Below, piece by piece: positions 18,023 to 27,639 of a DNA stretch of 64,000 nt (positions within the stretch are counted from its first letter, which is position 1; the number at the start of each line of letters is the position of its first letter). The DNA comes from Armatimonadota bacterium (GTDB taxonomy: Bacteria; Armatimonadota; Hebobacteria; GCA-020354555; CP070648). The position numbers and the translations under genes are program-made. The notes beneath the pieces are model-generated. The model ran no database searches. It saw only the letters and a program-made list of their open reading frames with translations, and was not told where the DNA came from. The DNA is taken from contig DATLAK010000182.1 of the NCBI GenBank assembly GCA_035527535.1, positions 2,439 through 66,438 of the forward strand, written 5' to 3'.

Positions 18023-19888
18023 TCACCTTCCCGCGGCCTTGCTTTTTCCCGGCGCCAGCGGCGCCATCGTCATCGCCTCGGCGAAGCGCAGGTGAAAGTC
18101 GGGCCGCGCGGATAGCTCGATGTATTCCACCCGCGCGGCAAAGTCCTGTGCGCGCTCCCGGGCCGCGCGTGAGGCCAGCGCCAGCTTGGCGCCCACCCCG
18201 GCGGCGTTGCCGATGGAGCGAATGCGCTCCAGGGGCACCGCCGGCACCAGCCCCAGGGCGACCGCGCTCTCGCGTTTGACGTAGTTGCCGAACGCGCCCG
18301 CCAGCAGGATCTCCTCGACCTGGGAGGCATCGGCCCCCACTTCATCGAGCAAGGCTTCAATCCCGCTGTAGATGGCGCCTTTGGCGAGCTGGAGCTGGCG
18401 CACGTCGCGGGAGGTAATCGTCAGCGGTTCTCCGTTCTGCGTCTGCTCCTGCGAGGCGACGACGAATTCGGCGCCGGCGGCGCCCTCCCGCAGCCGCCGC
18501 GCCAGCGCGGGCGGCAGGCCGTCCGCCTGGGCGGGGGACCGCATGCGCCCGGTGTCGTCCACCACCCCCGCGCGCCGCATCTCCGCCACCGCGTCAATCA
18601 GCCCCGAACCGCAGATGCCGCGCACGCCCGCGCCGTCAATGGTGGTGAAGGTGACATCGTCGCCGATGGAGACGGCGTCAATCGCCCCGGCCGTGGCGCG
18701 CATGCCGCGGGAGATAGTGGCGCCCTCGAAGGCGGGACCCGCCGCCGTGGAGCAGGCGACAAGCCTGCCGCCGGCAGCGACCACGATCTCGCCGTTGGTG
18801 CCGATGTCAATGGCGATCCGCAGCTCGCGCGAGCGGTCGAGATCGGCGGCGAGGATGACCCCCACCGTGTCGGCGCCAACGAAACCTGCGATGCTGGGCA
18901 GGACATAGCAGCGGGCGGCGGCGTTGACCGCGAGCCCGACCTCGGCGGCGAGCAGGTCGCGAGCGGCGGTGATCACCGGCACGTAGGGCATGACCGCAAG
19001 CTGCCCCGGCGGTAGGCCCAGCAGCAGGTGGGTCATGCAGGTGTTGCCGACCATGGCCGCGTCGTAGATGTGACGCGCATCAATGCCCGCGCGGCGACAG
19101 CAGTGGCCGATGATACCGTTGAGCACGCCCACGATGTCACGCCGCAAGAGCTCGAGGCCGTGGGGATTATCGGTGGCGAACTGGATGCGGCTGATGACGT
19201 CCTCGCCATGGGCGACCTGCGCGTTCATGTCGGAGGCGACCGCGACCTGGCGCCCCGCGATCAGGTCCAGCAGGTAGCCGACGACGGTGGTGGTGCCGAC
19301 GTCGAAGGCGATGCCGTAGAGCGCGGCCGTGGTATCGTCGGGCTCGACCGCGAGCAGCCGGTCGCCGGCGAATGCCGCGGTCACTTGCCAGTCGGCCGCG
19401 CGCAGCGTGCGGCCGAGCTCGCGCAGCAGCGCCAGTGAGCACGATGCCCGGGGCCGCCCCGCCGCCGCCAGCAGCCGCTCGCGGTCACCTCGCTGATCCT
19501 CGAGCACGGGCGCGGGCACGGCCACGAACTGCTTGACCACCGCGGGGTCGAGGGCCAGCTCGTGGGCGACACCTTCGCTCAGGATGCTCTGCTGGAGCTG
19601 GCGCGACGCCGGGGGGATGTAAACCGTGAGGTCCGACCGCGGGCGGCACTGGCACGCCAGGCGAAAACCGGCGCCCAACAGCTCCGCCCCGAGCGCCTGG
19701 GTCTCCTCCGCCGTCGGCGGCGGCGCGGCGTCCCGCACCTTGACCCGGCACTTGCCGCAGCGGCCCTCCCCGCCGCACGGGGTCTCCAGCGTTATGCCCG
19801 CCTGCTGCGCGGCCTCCAGGATGGGGCTGCCCACAGGAACGCGCACGCGCAGTTTGTCGGGCAGGAATCGAATCTCTATGTCGGCCAT
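18023..19888 (-). CDS. corrinoid reductive activase, RamA/RACo-like (2Fe-2S ferredoxin + ASKHA domain)
   Basis: N-terminal CGGEGRCGKC plant-type ferredoxin cysteines; FDVGTTTV and IDIGTNGEIVVAA ASKHA phosphate motifs; start taken at MADIEIRF. Confidence 0.7.
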   Translation of the reverse strand: MADIEIRFLPDKLRVRVPVGSPILEAAQQAGITLETPCGGEGRCGKCRVKVRDAAPPPTAEETQALGAELLGAGFRLACQCRPRSDLTVYIPPASRQLQQSILSEGVAHELALDPAVVKQFVAVPAPVLEDQRGDRERLLAAAGRPRASCSLALLRELGRTLRAADWQVTAAFAGDRLLAVEPDDTTAALYGIAFDVGTTTVVGYLLDLIAGRQVAVASDMNAQVAHGEDVISRIQFATDNPHGLELLRRDIVGVLNGIIGHCCRRAGIDARHIYDAAMVGNTCMTHLLLGLPPGQLAVMPYVPVITAARDLLAAEVGLAVNAAARCYVLPSIAGFVGADTVGVILAADLDRSRELRIAIDIGTNGEIVVAAGGRLVACSTAAGPAFEGATISRGMRATAGAIDAVSIGDDVTFTTIDGAGVRGICGSGLIDAVAEMRRAGVVDDTGRMRSPAQADGLPPALARRLREGAAGAEFVVASQEQTQNGEPLTITSRDVRQLQLAKGAIYSGIEALLDEVGADASQVEEILLAGAFGNYVKRESAVALGLVPAVPLERIRSIGNAAGVGAKLALASRAARERAQDFAARVEYIELSARPDFHLRFAEAMTMAPLAPGKSKAAGR

Positions 19889-20029
19889 AGGCTCTGCGCC
19901 TGCGCTGCCTGCCTCTTCACCCCGCCTCACCCCGCCTCATGCCCGGCCCGGCGCGACCGGCCGTAACACAACGGGCGGGGGCTGAGCCCCGCCCCGGGAC
20001 CTCGTCCGCACCGCCGCCCGCTCGCGCGG

Positions 20030-20416
20030 CTACAACGGCGGCATGTCGCTCAGCAGCGCGAACTGCTTCTTGGCCTCGGCGTGGTCCGGCTGCAGTTCCA
20101 GGATCTTCGCGAAGTGCACCCGCGCCTCGTCATACATCCCGAGCATGCAGCAGGTCTTGGCGAGGTAAAGGAGCGCCTCCACCGAGTCGGGGGCGGTCTC
20201 CACGGTGCGCCGCAGTTCCGCCAGCGACTCATCGAACATGCCGATGAAACCATAGACCAGACCCAGGCCGATGCGGGCGTCGAGGTGGTCGGCGCGGCGC
20301 TCCAGCACGAAGCGGAACTCCGCCATCGCCTGGTCGTACTCGCCGGCGTTCTTATGAGCCGTGCCCTGTTGGTAGTGCTTCTCGAGCTCGTCGGGGGCTA
20401 TGCTCATGGCAGCCAC
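20030..20416 (-). CDS. tetratricopeptide repeat protein
   Basis: Three TPR-like helix pairs (AxxxY/GxxxxA spacing). Confidence 0.55.
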   Translation of the reverse strand: MAAMSIAPDELEKHYQQGTAHKNAGEYDQAMAEFRFVLERRADHLDARIGLGLVYGFIGMFDESLAELRRTVETAPDSVEALLYLAKTCCMLGMYDEARVHFAKILELQPDHAEAKKQFALLSDMPPL

Positions 20417-20429
20417 CTACACCCGAACG

Positions 20430-21380
20430 TCATTCGCCCGAGACGCCCCCCAGTGCCTCGCCCACCTCGACCCTATATCCGCGCACGTAGGCCGCGCCCG
20501 ACATCGGGCGCTTAGCGTCCGGCTGCACCTGCAGCAGCAGCACCGCTCCCGCTCCGGCCCTCACCAGCACCCCCCGCGCATCGGTTTCCACGATTTCCCC
20601 CGCGTTTCCTGCCGTCGGCAGCGCCTTTTCCGCCACCTGCGCCCGCAGCACCTTGAGGCGCTTGCCGCGATGAAAGGTGAACGCGCCCGGCGTCGGATTG
20701 GCGCCGCGCACCAAGTTGCAAATCTGGAGCGCGCTCTCGCCCCAGTCTATCTGCGCGCGCGCGCGGGCAAGGGCCGGGGCGTAGGTCGCCTGCCCGTCAT
20801 CCTGCGCCAGGCGCGGGGCGGCGCCGCGCTCGATCAGAGCCACCGCCTCGACCAGCGCCTGCGCGCCCAGCGCCGCGAGCTTGCGTTCGAGCTCACCCAC
20901 GTCCTCCTCGGGGGCAATGGGCAGCGCGCGCCGCAGAATGATGTCGCCGGCGTCCATGCGCTCGTCCATCCAGATGATGGTGACGCCGGTCTCGGTATCG
21001 CCGTTGAGCAGCGCGTGGTGGATGGGGGCGGCGCCGCGGTAGCGCGGCAGCAGGGAGGCGTGGACATTGACGCACCCGCGCGCCGGCGCCGCGAGCAAGC
21101 CCCGACCGAAGATGTGCCCGTAGGCGGCGACGGAGAAAAGCTCGGCCTTGAGGTCCTGGAGCAGACGGACGAAGGCCGCCGCGTTGGGGTCCGCGGGGGC
21201 CTCCACCCGCAGGCCCAGCTCCTGCGCGCGCTCTTTGATCGGCGACAGGCGTAGGCGCAGCCCCCGCCCCGCCGGCCGGTCCGGCTGCGTGACTACCGCC
21301 GGCAGCTCGTGCCCCGCCCGCGCCAGGGCGTGCAAGCAAACGGCGGCGAAATCCGTGGTTCCGAAGAAGATGATGCGCAT
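20430..21380 (-). CDS. fmt: methionyl-tRNA formyltransferase
   Basis: MRIIFFGT...VVTQPDRPAGRG, HASLLPRYRG formyltransferase motifs. Confidence 0.9.
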   Translation of the reverse strand: MRIIFFGTTDFAAVCLHALARAGHELPAVVTQPDRPAGRGLRLRLSPIKERAQELGLRVEAPADPNAAAFVRLLQDLKAELFSVAAYGHIFGRGLLAAPARGCVNVHASLLPRYRGAAPIHHALLNGDTETGVTIIWMDERMDAGDIILRRALPIAPEEDVGELERKLAALGAQALVEAVALIERGAAPRLAQDDGQATYAPALARARAQIDWGESALQICNLVRGANPTPGAFTFHRGKRLKVLRAQVAEKALPTAGNAGEIVETDARGVLVRAGAGAVLLLQVQPDAKRPMSGAAYVRGYRVEVGEALGGVSGE

Positions 21381-21383
21381 GAC

Positions 21384-21461
21384 GGGTCCGGCAGGGGACA
21401 GTTCCTTCCCGCCCCGGGCGTCGGCGGTGCGCTGGGCGACGGGGAACTGTCCCCTCGCGCC
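21384..21461. repeat. palindromic intergenic repeat family A, copy 2 (GGGGACAGTTCC...GGAACTGTCCCC) in the def-fmt spacer
   Basis: Near-identical to 9894-9970; begins 4 nt upstream of fmt ATG. Confidence 0.8.
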
Positions 21462-21478
21462 GACCCGAGGCCTGGTTC

Positions 21479-22036
21479 CTACCTGCGAGAGGCCATGTGC
21501 GCCTCGAACACCTTGAGCGCGTCCTCCAGCGTCGTTGGCACGCGCTGGGACTCGTCATCGTGCTGGGCGTCGCCCAGCGCCCAATAGAGGGTGTCGGGAT
21601 CAACGCGGTCCACGAACAGCACCCCCTGGAGGTGATCTATCTCGTGCTGCAGCACGCGCGCCAGCAGGTCCTCGGCCTCGCTGGTGACGGCGCGACCCTG
21701 GAGGTCGCGGCCGCTGACCACCGCGCGCTCGGCGCGCTGCACTTGTCCGTATAGCCGCGGGAGGCTCAGGCATCCCTCGACCGACGCCTGCTCGCCCTCG
21801 CTCTTCGCCACGCGGGGGTTGATCAGCACCTGCGGCCCGTCTCCGATGTCATAGGCGATGACGCACAGACCGGCCCCGATCTGGGGGGCCGCCAACCCCA
21901 GCCCCCCCGCGCGCTCGAGGGTGCTCGTCAGGCGCGCGGCGAGGTCGGCGATCTCGGCGTCGAGCTTGGCCACCGGCGCGGCCTTGCGCCGCAGCACGGA
22001 ATGACCGTAATGCAGGATGTCGTCGCTGGCGGACAT
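21479..22036 (-). CDS. def: peptide deformylase
   Basis: GxGxAAxQ, EGCLS, QHEIDHL metal-binding motifs. Confidence 0.9.
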   Translation of the reverse strand: MSASDDILHYGHSVLRRKAAPVAKLDAEIADLAARLTSTLERAGGLGLAAPQIGAGLCVIAYDIGDGPQVLINPRVAKSEGEQASVEGCLSLPRLYGQVQRAERAVVSGRDLQGRAVTSEAEDLLARVLQHEIDHLQGVLFVDRVDPDTLYWALGDAQHDDESQRVPTTLEDALKVFEAHMASRR

Positions 22037-22117
22037 CAGCTATAGTGTATCAAACTAGCCCGCCGGCGTCCATTACCCCAGCGCCTGCTATGACCGATTC
22101 CCAGGCTGCGGTAGCCT

Positions 22118-22146
22118 TTGACAGCCCTGGCCATGTGTCCTATGAT
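22118..22146 (+). promoter_or_regulatory. sigma70-type promoter TTGACA-17 bp-TATGAT
   Basis: Consensus -35 at 22118-22123 and near-consensus -10 at 22141-22146; predicted TSS ~8 nt before GTG start of downstream gene. Confidence 0.45.
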
Positions 22147-22161
22147 GACTAGACACCGCCC

Positions 22162-23139
22162 GTGAGGGAGCGCCATTTGCCCGCTGTGAACTCGACGCCG
22201 GCGCCGGAGACGCTGGTCGCAGTCCTCTGGCCCGACTATCGCCTCGCCGCGCCTACCGCCTGTCAGCCGCTCCAGAGCGGGTTCAATGACCACTATCTGA
22301 TCGCGACGGCGGAGGGCGAGTACGTGCTGCGGGTGTATCAGCGCGGGTGGCGGACGGCGCAGGACATCGCCTACGAACTCGCCGCGCTCACCCATCTGGA
22401 GGCGCGCGGCGTTCCCGTCTGCGCGCCGATTGCCGGGCGGGACGGCGCCTACCAACGCGCGATCCAGGAGGCGGAAGGACCGCGGATTGCCGTCCTCTTC
22501 CCGAGTGCGCCGGGGGAGAAGCCTGATGCCACAAACCCTGATGTGGTTCGCACCTGCGGCCGCGTCATGGCGCTGATCCACCACCATACTGACGGCTTCA
22601 CCTGCGAGTATCGGCGCTTCCGCCTTGATCTCGACCACCTGCTCGATCAGCCGCTCGCAGGAATCCTTCCTTACCTGGCAGACCGGCCGGCGGATACCGC
22701 GTTCCTTCAGGTGGTAGCCAGGGAACTGCGCGCGGGGTTGGAGGCCCGGATTAGCAGGCTGGACTGGGGGTTCTGCCATGGCGATTTCCACGGCGGCAAT
22801 GCCCGCCTCGATGCCGATGGCACGCTACGCGTGTTCGACTTCGACTGCGGCGGCCCCGGCTGGCGCGCCTATGACCTCTCTGTCTGCCGCTTGTACTGCG
22901 GGGAGCAGGCCCTGTGGGAGGCCTTTTGCAGGGGATACCAGGAAGTCCGTCCCCTGCCCGAGGCAACCGTCGCCGCGGTCTCTTGGTTCATCGTCGCCCG
23001 CCAACTATGGCGGCTGGCGCTGTTCGCAGACAACTGGCCCCGTCTCACCGGCTTCTCTGTGAACGATGATTTCCTTGACCGGCATCTCGGCGTCCTGCGC
23101 GAGCGCGTAGGCAAGTACTTGCCGGAGCTTGCAGGCTGA
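22162..23139 (+). CDS. phosphotransferase (APH/homoserine kinase II-like) family protein
   Basis: HGDFHGGN catalytic loop, VFDFD metal-binding motif; GTG start, little or no leader. Confidence 0.65.
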   Translation: MRERHLPAVNSTPAPETLVAVLWPDYRLAAPTACQPLQSGFNDHYLIATAEGEYVLRVYQRGWRTAQDIAYELAALTHLEARGVPVCAPIAGRDGAYQRAIQEAEGPRIAVLFPSAPGEKPDATNPDVVRTCGRVMALIHHHTDGFTCEYRRFRLDLDHLLDQPLAGILPYLADRPADTAFLQVVARELRAGLEARISRLDWGFCHGDFHGGNARLDADGTLRVFDFDCGGPGWRAYDLSVCRLYCGEQALWEAFCRGYQEVRPLPEATVAAVSWFIVARQLWRLALFADNWPRLTGFSVNDDFLDRHLGVLRERVGKYLPELAG

Positions 23140-23180
23140 GTTATGGCTTCTGATTTCGGTGCCAGACAAAGGAACACAAC

Positions 23181-23795
23181 GTGCCAGACAGATCGGACCG
23201 GTCGGACGACCGCCGGAGGCGGTTGATTCCGGCGCATGGCGGCTATCGCAAGTTGCGGAGCTTCCAGGTAGTGCAGACCATATATGACGGGACTGTGGTC
23301 TTCTGCGATCGCTTTGTCGAGAAACGCTCGCGCACCCACGACCAGATGGTGCAAGCGGCACGCAGCGGAGTTCAGAACATCGCTGAAGGCAGCATGGCGT
23401 CAGCGACCTCGAGAAAGACCGAGCTCAAGCTCACTGGCGTCGCCCGCGCGAGTTTGGAGGAACTGCTGCTCGATTACGAGGATTTCCTGCGCCAGCGCGG
23501 CTTGCCCATCTGGGACAAAAACTCGCCCCAAGCGCTGGCGGTGCGGGGAAGCTACTTGTCAGACGGGTCCCACACGTCCGACAGGTCAGACAAGTCCGAC
23601 ACGTCCGACCCCTACCATTTCGCCACCGCCTCGGCCCAAGAGGCCGCCAACACCCTCATCTGCCTGCTCAACCAGGCGAGTTTTCTCCTCGGCCGGCAGT
23701 TGCAGCGATTAAAGGAGACGTTTCTCCGCGACGGCGGGTTCACCGAGCGGCTGTACCGTGAGCGTTCGCGCACTCGCCATCACCGCGAAGGTTGA
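23181..23795 (+). CDS. four-helix-bundle protein with C-terminal extension
   Basis: QMVQAARSGVQNIAEGS and ARASLEEL resemble four-helix-bundle (23S rRNA IVS-type) family; SDRSD low-complexity repeats. Confidence 0.5.
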   Translation: MPDRSDRSDDRRRRLIPAHGGYRKLRSFQVVQTIYDGTVVFCDRFVEKRSRTHDQMVQAARSGVQNIAEGSMASATSRKTELKLTGVARASLEELLLDYEDFLRQRGLPIWDKNSPQALAVRGSYLSDGSHTSDRSDKSDTSDPYHFATASAQEAANTLICLLNQASFLLGRQLQRLKETFLRDGGFTERLYRERSRTRHHREG

Positions 23796-23829
23796 CGCAC
23801 AGCTCCGCGTCAATTGCCACCGCCCACCA

Positions 23830-26307
23830 TCACGTCAGCGACACGGGATCCATGTCCACCGTAACCGAGACGTCCTTAGGCGGGCGTTCGTGGTCGAGGG
23901 CGCGCACCAGGGCGGCGCGGATGGGCTCTGCCTCTGCTGCCCGTAGCAGCAAGTGCCAGCGGTGCTTGCCGCGCACCTTGGCCAGGGGCGCGGAGGCAGG
24001 GCCGAGGACGGTCAGGCCGGGAGCGGCACCGGTTTCTCCGAGGGTACAGTCCATCATTTTCCCGGAAGAAAATGGGGACAGTCCCTGCGGTGCCAGTCCC
24101 ACGGCGCGGGCGAGCGCCTCGGCGTAGGCCCGCGCGGCGCCCTCGCTGGGCGCGCTTACCACCACGTTGCACAGATAACCGAAGGGCGGATACCCGTGCT
24201 CCCGGCGCGCCTCCGATTCCTCGGCGAAGAAGGCCTCGTAGTCGTGGCGGCGGGAGGCGGTGACGGCGTAGTGTTCGGGGGCGTAGGTCTGGATCACCAC
24301 CCGGCCGGGGCGGTCGCCGCGGCCGCAACGCCCGGCGACCTGCGCCAGGAGCTGGAAGGTGCGCTCGCCGGCGCGCAGGTCGGGCAGGTTGAGGCCGACA
24401 TCGGCGCACAGCACGCCCACCAGCGTCACCCCCGGGAAGTGGAAGCCCTTGGTCACCATCTGCGTGCCGACCAGGACGTCGGCGTCGGCGCGGCGGAAGT
24501 CCTCGACGATGCGCACGTGCGCCCCTTTGCGGGTGGTGGTGTCGCGGTCCATGCGGGTGGGACGCGCCCGGGGCAGCCGGCGCCGCAGCTCCTGCTCGAC
24601 GCGCTCGGTGCCCCAGCCCGCGAACTGGATGTTGGCGCCGCCGCACTTGCCGCAGGTGGTGGGGGGGGTCTCGCTCAGGCCGCAGTGGTGGCACTCGACG
24701 GTGCGCGCGGCGCGATGGAAGATGAGGGCGACATCGCAGTGGGGGCAGCGCAGGGCGGTGCCGCACTCGGGGCACAGCACGATGGTGGCATAGCCGCGGC
24801 GGTTGAGGAAGAGGATGATCTGCTCGCCGGCGTCGAGCGCCTGCTTCATCAGGTAGATCAGGCGCGGGGTGAAGATGGACTGCCGCACCCCGCGCAGGTC
24901 CGCCACCTCCACCGCCGGCGGCGGGCGCTCGCCGATGCGGGTGGGCAGCGCCAGCAGGGTGTAGTCGCCGGCGCGGGCGCGGTGGAAGGACTCGAGGCTG
25001 GGGGTGGCGCTCGCCAGCACCACCGCGGCGCCCGCCAGTCGCGCGCGCTCGATGGCGGTGTCGCGCGCGTGATAACGCGGCGGGAAATCCTGCTTGTACG
25101 ACGGATCGTGCTCTTCGTCGAGGACGATCAGCCCCAGGTCGGGGCAGGGTGCGAACAGCGCCGAGCGCGCGCCGATGACGACCTGGGCCTCGCCGGCGTG
25201 GATGCGCCGCCACTCGCCGCCGCGCTCGCCCGGGCCGAGCGCGCTGTGCAGCACCGCCACCCGCGCGCCAAAGCGCCCGCGGAAGATGCCGACCGCCTGC
25301 GCGGTGAGGGCGATCTCGGGCATGAGGATGACGGCCTGCCGCCCCCGCGCCAGCGCGCGCTCGGCCGCGCGCACGAAGACCTCGGTCTTGCCGCTGGCGG
25401 TCACGCCATAGAGCAGAAACGTTTCCGCGCGCCGGGCCTCGATTGCAGCCGCGATGCGCTCCACCGCCGACTCCTGCTCGGTGGTGAGGCGCGCAGGGAG
25501 GTCTCCCACCAGCTCGGCCTCCGCCCAGGGCGCGCGGAGCAGGGGGCTGCTGAACACGCGCACCAACCCCTTGGCCGCCAGGCCGCGCACGGCGCCGACG
25601 CCGGTGCCGGCCCGCCGCGCCAGGTGGCGAATGTCAACCGGTTCACCTGCCGCCAGCAGTTGTTCGAGCACCAGCGCCTGCTTGGGGGCGCGCCGGCGCA
25701 GCGCTGCCGCCGCCCGGCGCACCTCGGGCGCCGGGTGCACCAGCTCCGCCATCTGCGCCGCCAGCGTTCGCCCCGCCACGATGCGCGCGTCCACCGCGAT
25801 CACCCCGCTCGCCCGCAACCGGCGCACGGCCGCCACCCCGGCCTCGCGCTCCAGGCGGCGCACCGAGGTCTCGCCCCCCTCCTCGCGCAGGAGGCGCACG
25901 GCGCAGGCGCACTCCGGGTGCTGACGGCAGAGGTCGCGCGCGGTTTCCGAGTCAGCGCTCACCGCCAGCCGCGCGCGGCGCGCCAGGCGGGGACTTCCCG
26001 GCGGCATCACCGGCTGCAGCGCCTCGCCCAGGGGGCACAGGTAGTATTCGCTCATCCATCGCGCGAGGCGAACCAGCGGCGCGGGCAGCGTCGGCGCCTC
26101 GCGCAGAAGTTGCTGCACCGGCTTGAGGTCGCTGACTTGGGGCGCGCTGTGCAGGCGCACCACGAACCCCGGCACCATGCGCGCCCCCAGCGGCACCACC
26201 ACCTGGCCGCCTTCGCTGATGCGTGACGCCAGCTCCGGCGGCACGGCATAGGTGAAGACCTGATCGAAGGGCCTTCCGGGATTCGGAAGCACGTCGGCGC
26301 AGTACAT
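23830..26307 (-). CDS. priA: primosomal protein N' (replication restart helicase)
   Basis: Walker A GVTASGKT, DEEH box, CxxC...CxxC zinc-binding insertion (CPECGTALRCPHCD, CHHCG). Confidence 0.85.
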   Translation of the reverse strand: MYCADVLPNPGRPFDQVFTYAVPPELASRISEGGQVVVPLGARMVPGFVVRLHSAPQVSDLKPVQQLLREAPTLPAPLVRLARWMSEYYLCPLGEALQPVMPPGSPRLARRARLAVSADSETARDLCRQHPECACAVRLLREEGGETSVRRLEREAGVAAVRRLRASGVIAVDARIVAGRTLAAQMAELVHPAPEVRRAAAALRRRAPKQALVLEQLLAAGEPVDIRHLARRAGTGVGAVRGLAAKGLVRVFSSPLLRAPWAEAELVGDLPARLTTEQESAVERIAAAIEARRAETFLLYGVTASGKTEVFVRAAERALARGRQAVILMPEIALTAQAVGIFRGRFGARVAVLHSALGPGERGGEWRRIHAGEAQVVIGARSALFAPCPDLGLIVLDEEHDPSYKQDFPPRYHARDTAIERARLAGAAVVLASATPSLESFHRARAGDYTLLALPTRIGERPPPAVEVADLRGVRQSIFTPRLIYLMKQALDAGEQIILFLNRRGYATIVLCPECGTALRCPHCDVALIFHRAARTVECHHCGLSETPPTTCGKCGGANIQFAGWGTERVEQELRRRLPRARPTRMDRDTTTRKGAHVRIVEDFRRADADVLVGTQMVTKGFHFPGVTLVGVLCADVGLNLPDLRAGERTFQLLAQVAGRCGRGDRPGRVVIQTYAPEHYAVTASRRHDYEAFFAEESEARREHGYPPFGYLCNVVVSAPSEGAARAYAEALARAVGLAPQGLSPFSSGKMMDCTLGETGAAPGLTVLGPASAPLAKVRGKHRWHLLLRAAEAEPIRAALVRALDHERPPKDVSVTVDMDPVSLT

Positions 26308-26390
26308 TGGAGAGTAGTCCGCAGACTTGTGCGCCCATGGCGCATTGCGCGGATTGCGCGGACCGTCGGCATCTGCCGCGGGACCCGGTC

Positions 26391-27533
26391 CTATCCGGCG
26401 GCGGCGTGCAAGGTCTCGGCCATGTCGGTATGCTCCCAGCTCACATCGAGGTCGGTGCGGCCGAAGTGCCCGTACGCCGCTACCTGCCGGTACTGCGGTT
26501 TGCGCAGTTCCAGCTTCTCGATCATGCCGGCGGGCGTGAGGTCGAAGCGGTCGCGGATGAGGCGAATCAGCACTTCATCCTCCACCTTGCCGGTGCCGAA
26601 GGCGTCCACCCCCAGCGCCAGCGGCGAGGGCTCGCCGATGGAATAGGCCACCTGCACCTCGAGCTTGTCGGCGAGGCCCGCGGCCACCAGGTTCTTGGCG
26701 ATGTAGCGCATCATGTAGGACGCCGAGCGGTCCACCTTGGTCGCATCCTTGCCGGAGAAGCACCCGCCGCCGTGCCGCGCCACGCCGCCGTAGGTGTCAA
26801 CGATGATCTTGCGCCCGGTGAGCCCGGTGTCGGCCTGCGGGCCGCCCTTCTCGAAGCGGCCGGTGGGATTGACCAGGATGCGCGTGTTGTCATCCATGTA
26901 GTCGGCGGGCACGATGGGGCGGATCACGTGTTCGATGACATCGCGGCGGATGGTCTCCAGGCCCACGTCCGGGCGATGGTGAGCGGAAACGACGAGCTTA
27001 TCAATGCGCACCGGCTTGCCGTTTTCATACTCGACGGTGACCTGGGTCTTGCCGTCGGGGCGCAGGTAGTCCACGACGCCTTCGCGGCGAATCGCCGCCA
27101 GCCGCCGCGCCAGCTTGTGCGCGACCATGATCGGCATCGGCATCAGCTCCGGCGTCTCGGTGCAGGCATAGCCGAACATCATGCCCTGGTCGCCGGCGCC
27201 GCCGATGTTGACGCCCTTGGCGATGTCGGGCGACTGCGGCTGAATGGATGACAGCACCCCCGCGGTCTCGAAATCGAAGCCGTACTTCGCGCGCGTGTAG
27301 CCGATGCTCTCGACCATGTTGCGCACGATCTGAGGGATCTCGACGTAGCAGTCGGTCGTGATCTCCCCCGCGACGATCACCAGCCCCGTGGTCACCAGGG
27401 TTTCACAGGCGACGCGCCCCAGCGGATCCTGTTCGAGAATGGCATCGAGCACGGCGTCCGAGATCTGGTCGGCCATCTTGTCGGGATGGCCCTCGGTCAC
27501 GCTCTCCGAGGTGAAGACGTACCTATTCGACAT
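26391..27533 (-). CDS. metK: S-adenosylmethionine synthetase
   Basis: [19 protein letters not shown]..., GGGAFSGKD; start at ORF M27, preceded by AAAGGA. Confidence 0.9.
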   Translation of the reverse strand: MSNRYVFTSESVTEGHPDKMADQISDAVLDAILEQDPLGRVACETLVTTGLVIVAGEITTDCYVEIPQIVRNMVESIGYTRAKYGFDFETAGVLSSIQPQSPDIAKGVNIGGAGDQGMMFGYACTETPELMPMPIMVAHKLARRLAAIRREGVVDYLRPDGKTQVTVEYENGKPVRIDKLVVSAHHRPDVGLETIRRDVIEHVIRPIVPADYMDDNTRILVNPTGRFEKGGPQADTGLTGRKIIVDTYGGVARHGGGCFSGKDATKVDRSASYMMRYIAKNLVAAGLADKLEVQVAYSIGEPSPLALGVDAFGTGKVEDEVLIRLIRDRFDLTPAGMIEKLELRKPQYRQVAAYGHFGRTDLDVSWEHTDMAETLHAAAG

Positions 27534-27639
27534 GCGGTGTCCTTTCGCCTCACGGTCGCAGCCGAGGCTTGCCCGCCGATCCGGTGGCGGGGCGGCTGCG
27601 CCGCGTTTCATGGTACGATTACGATTGCGATGTGAACGC

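Noticed and set aside
24051-24080. Possible third copy of repeat family A inside priA (GGGGACAGTCCCTGCGG)
   Set aside because: Only a 9-nt match to one arm, no partner arm, and it lies within coding sequence.
23953-26226. 757-aa plus-strand ORF antisense to priA (and 23876-25213 alternative minus-strand frame)
   Set aside because: PriA frame has Walker A, DEEH and zinc-binding cysteines; the others are low-complexity.
27534-27639. Possible SAM riboswitch in the metK 5' leader
   Set aside because: The leader, read as minus-strand RNA, lacks the conserved SAM-I/SAM-II/SAM-IV core sequences I can recall; it has only generic GC stems and an AAAGGA SD.
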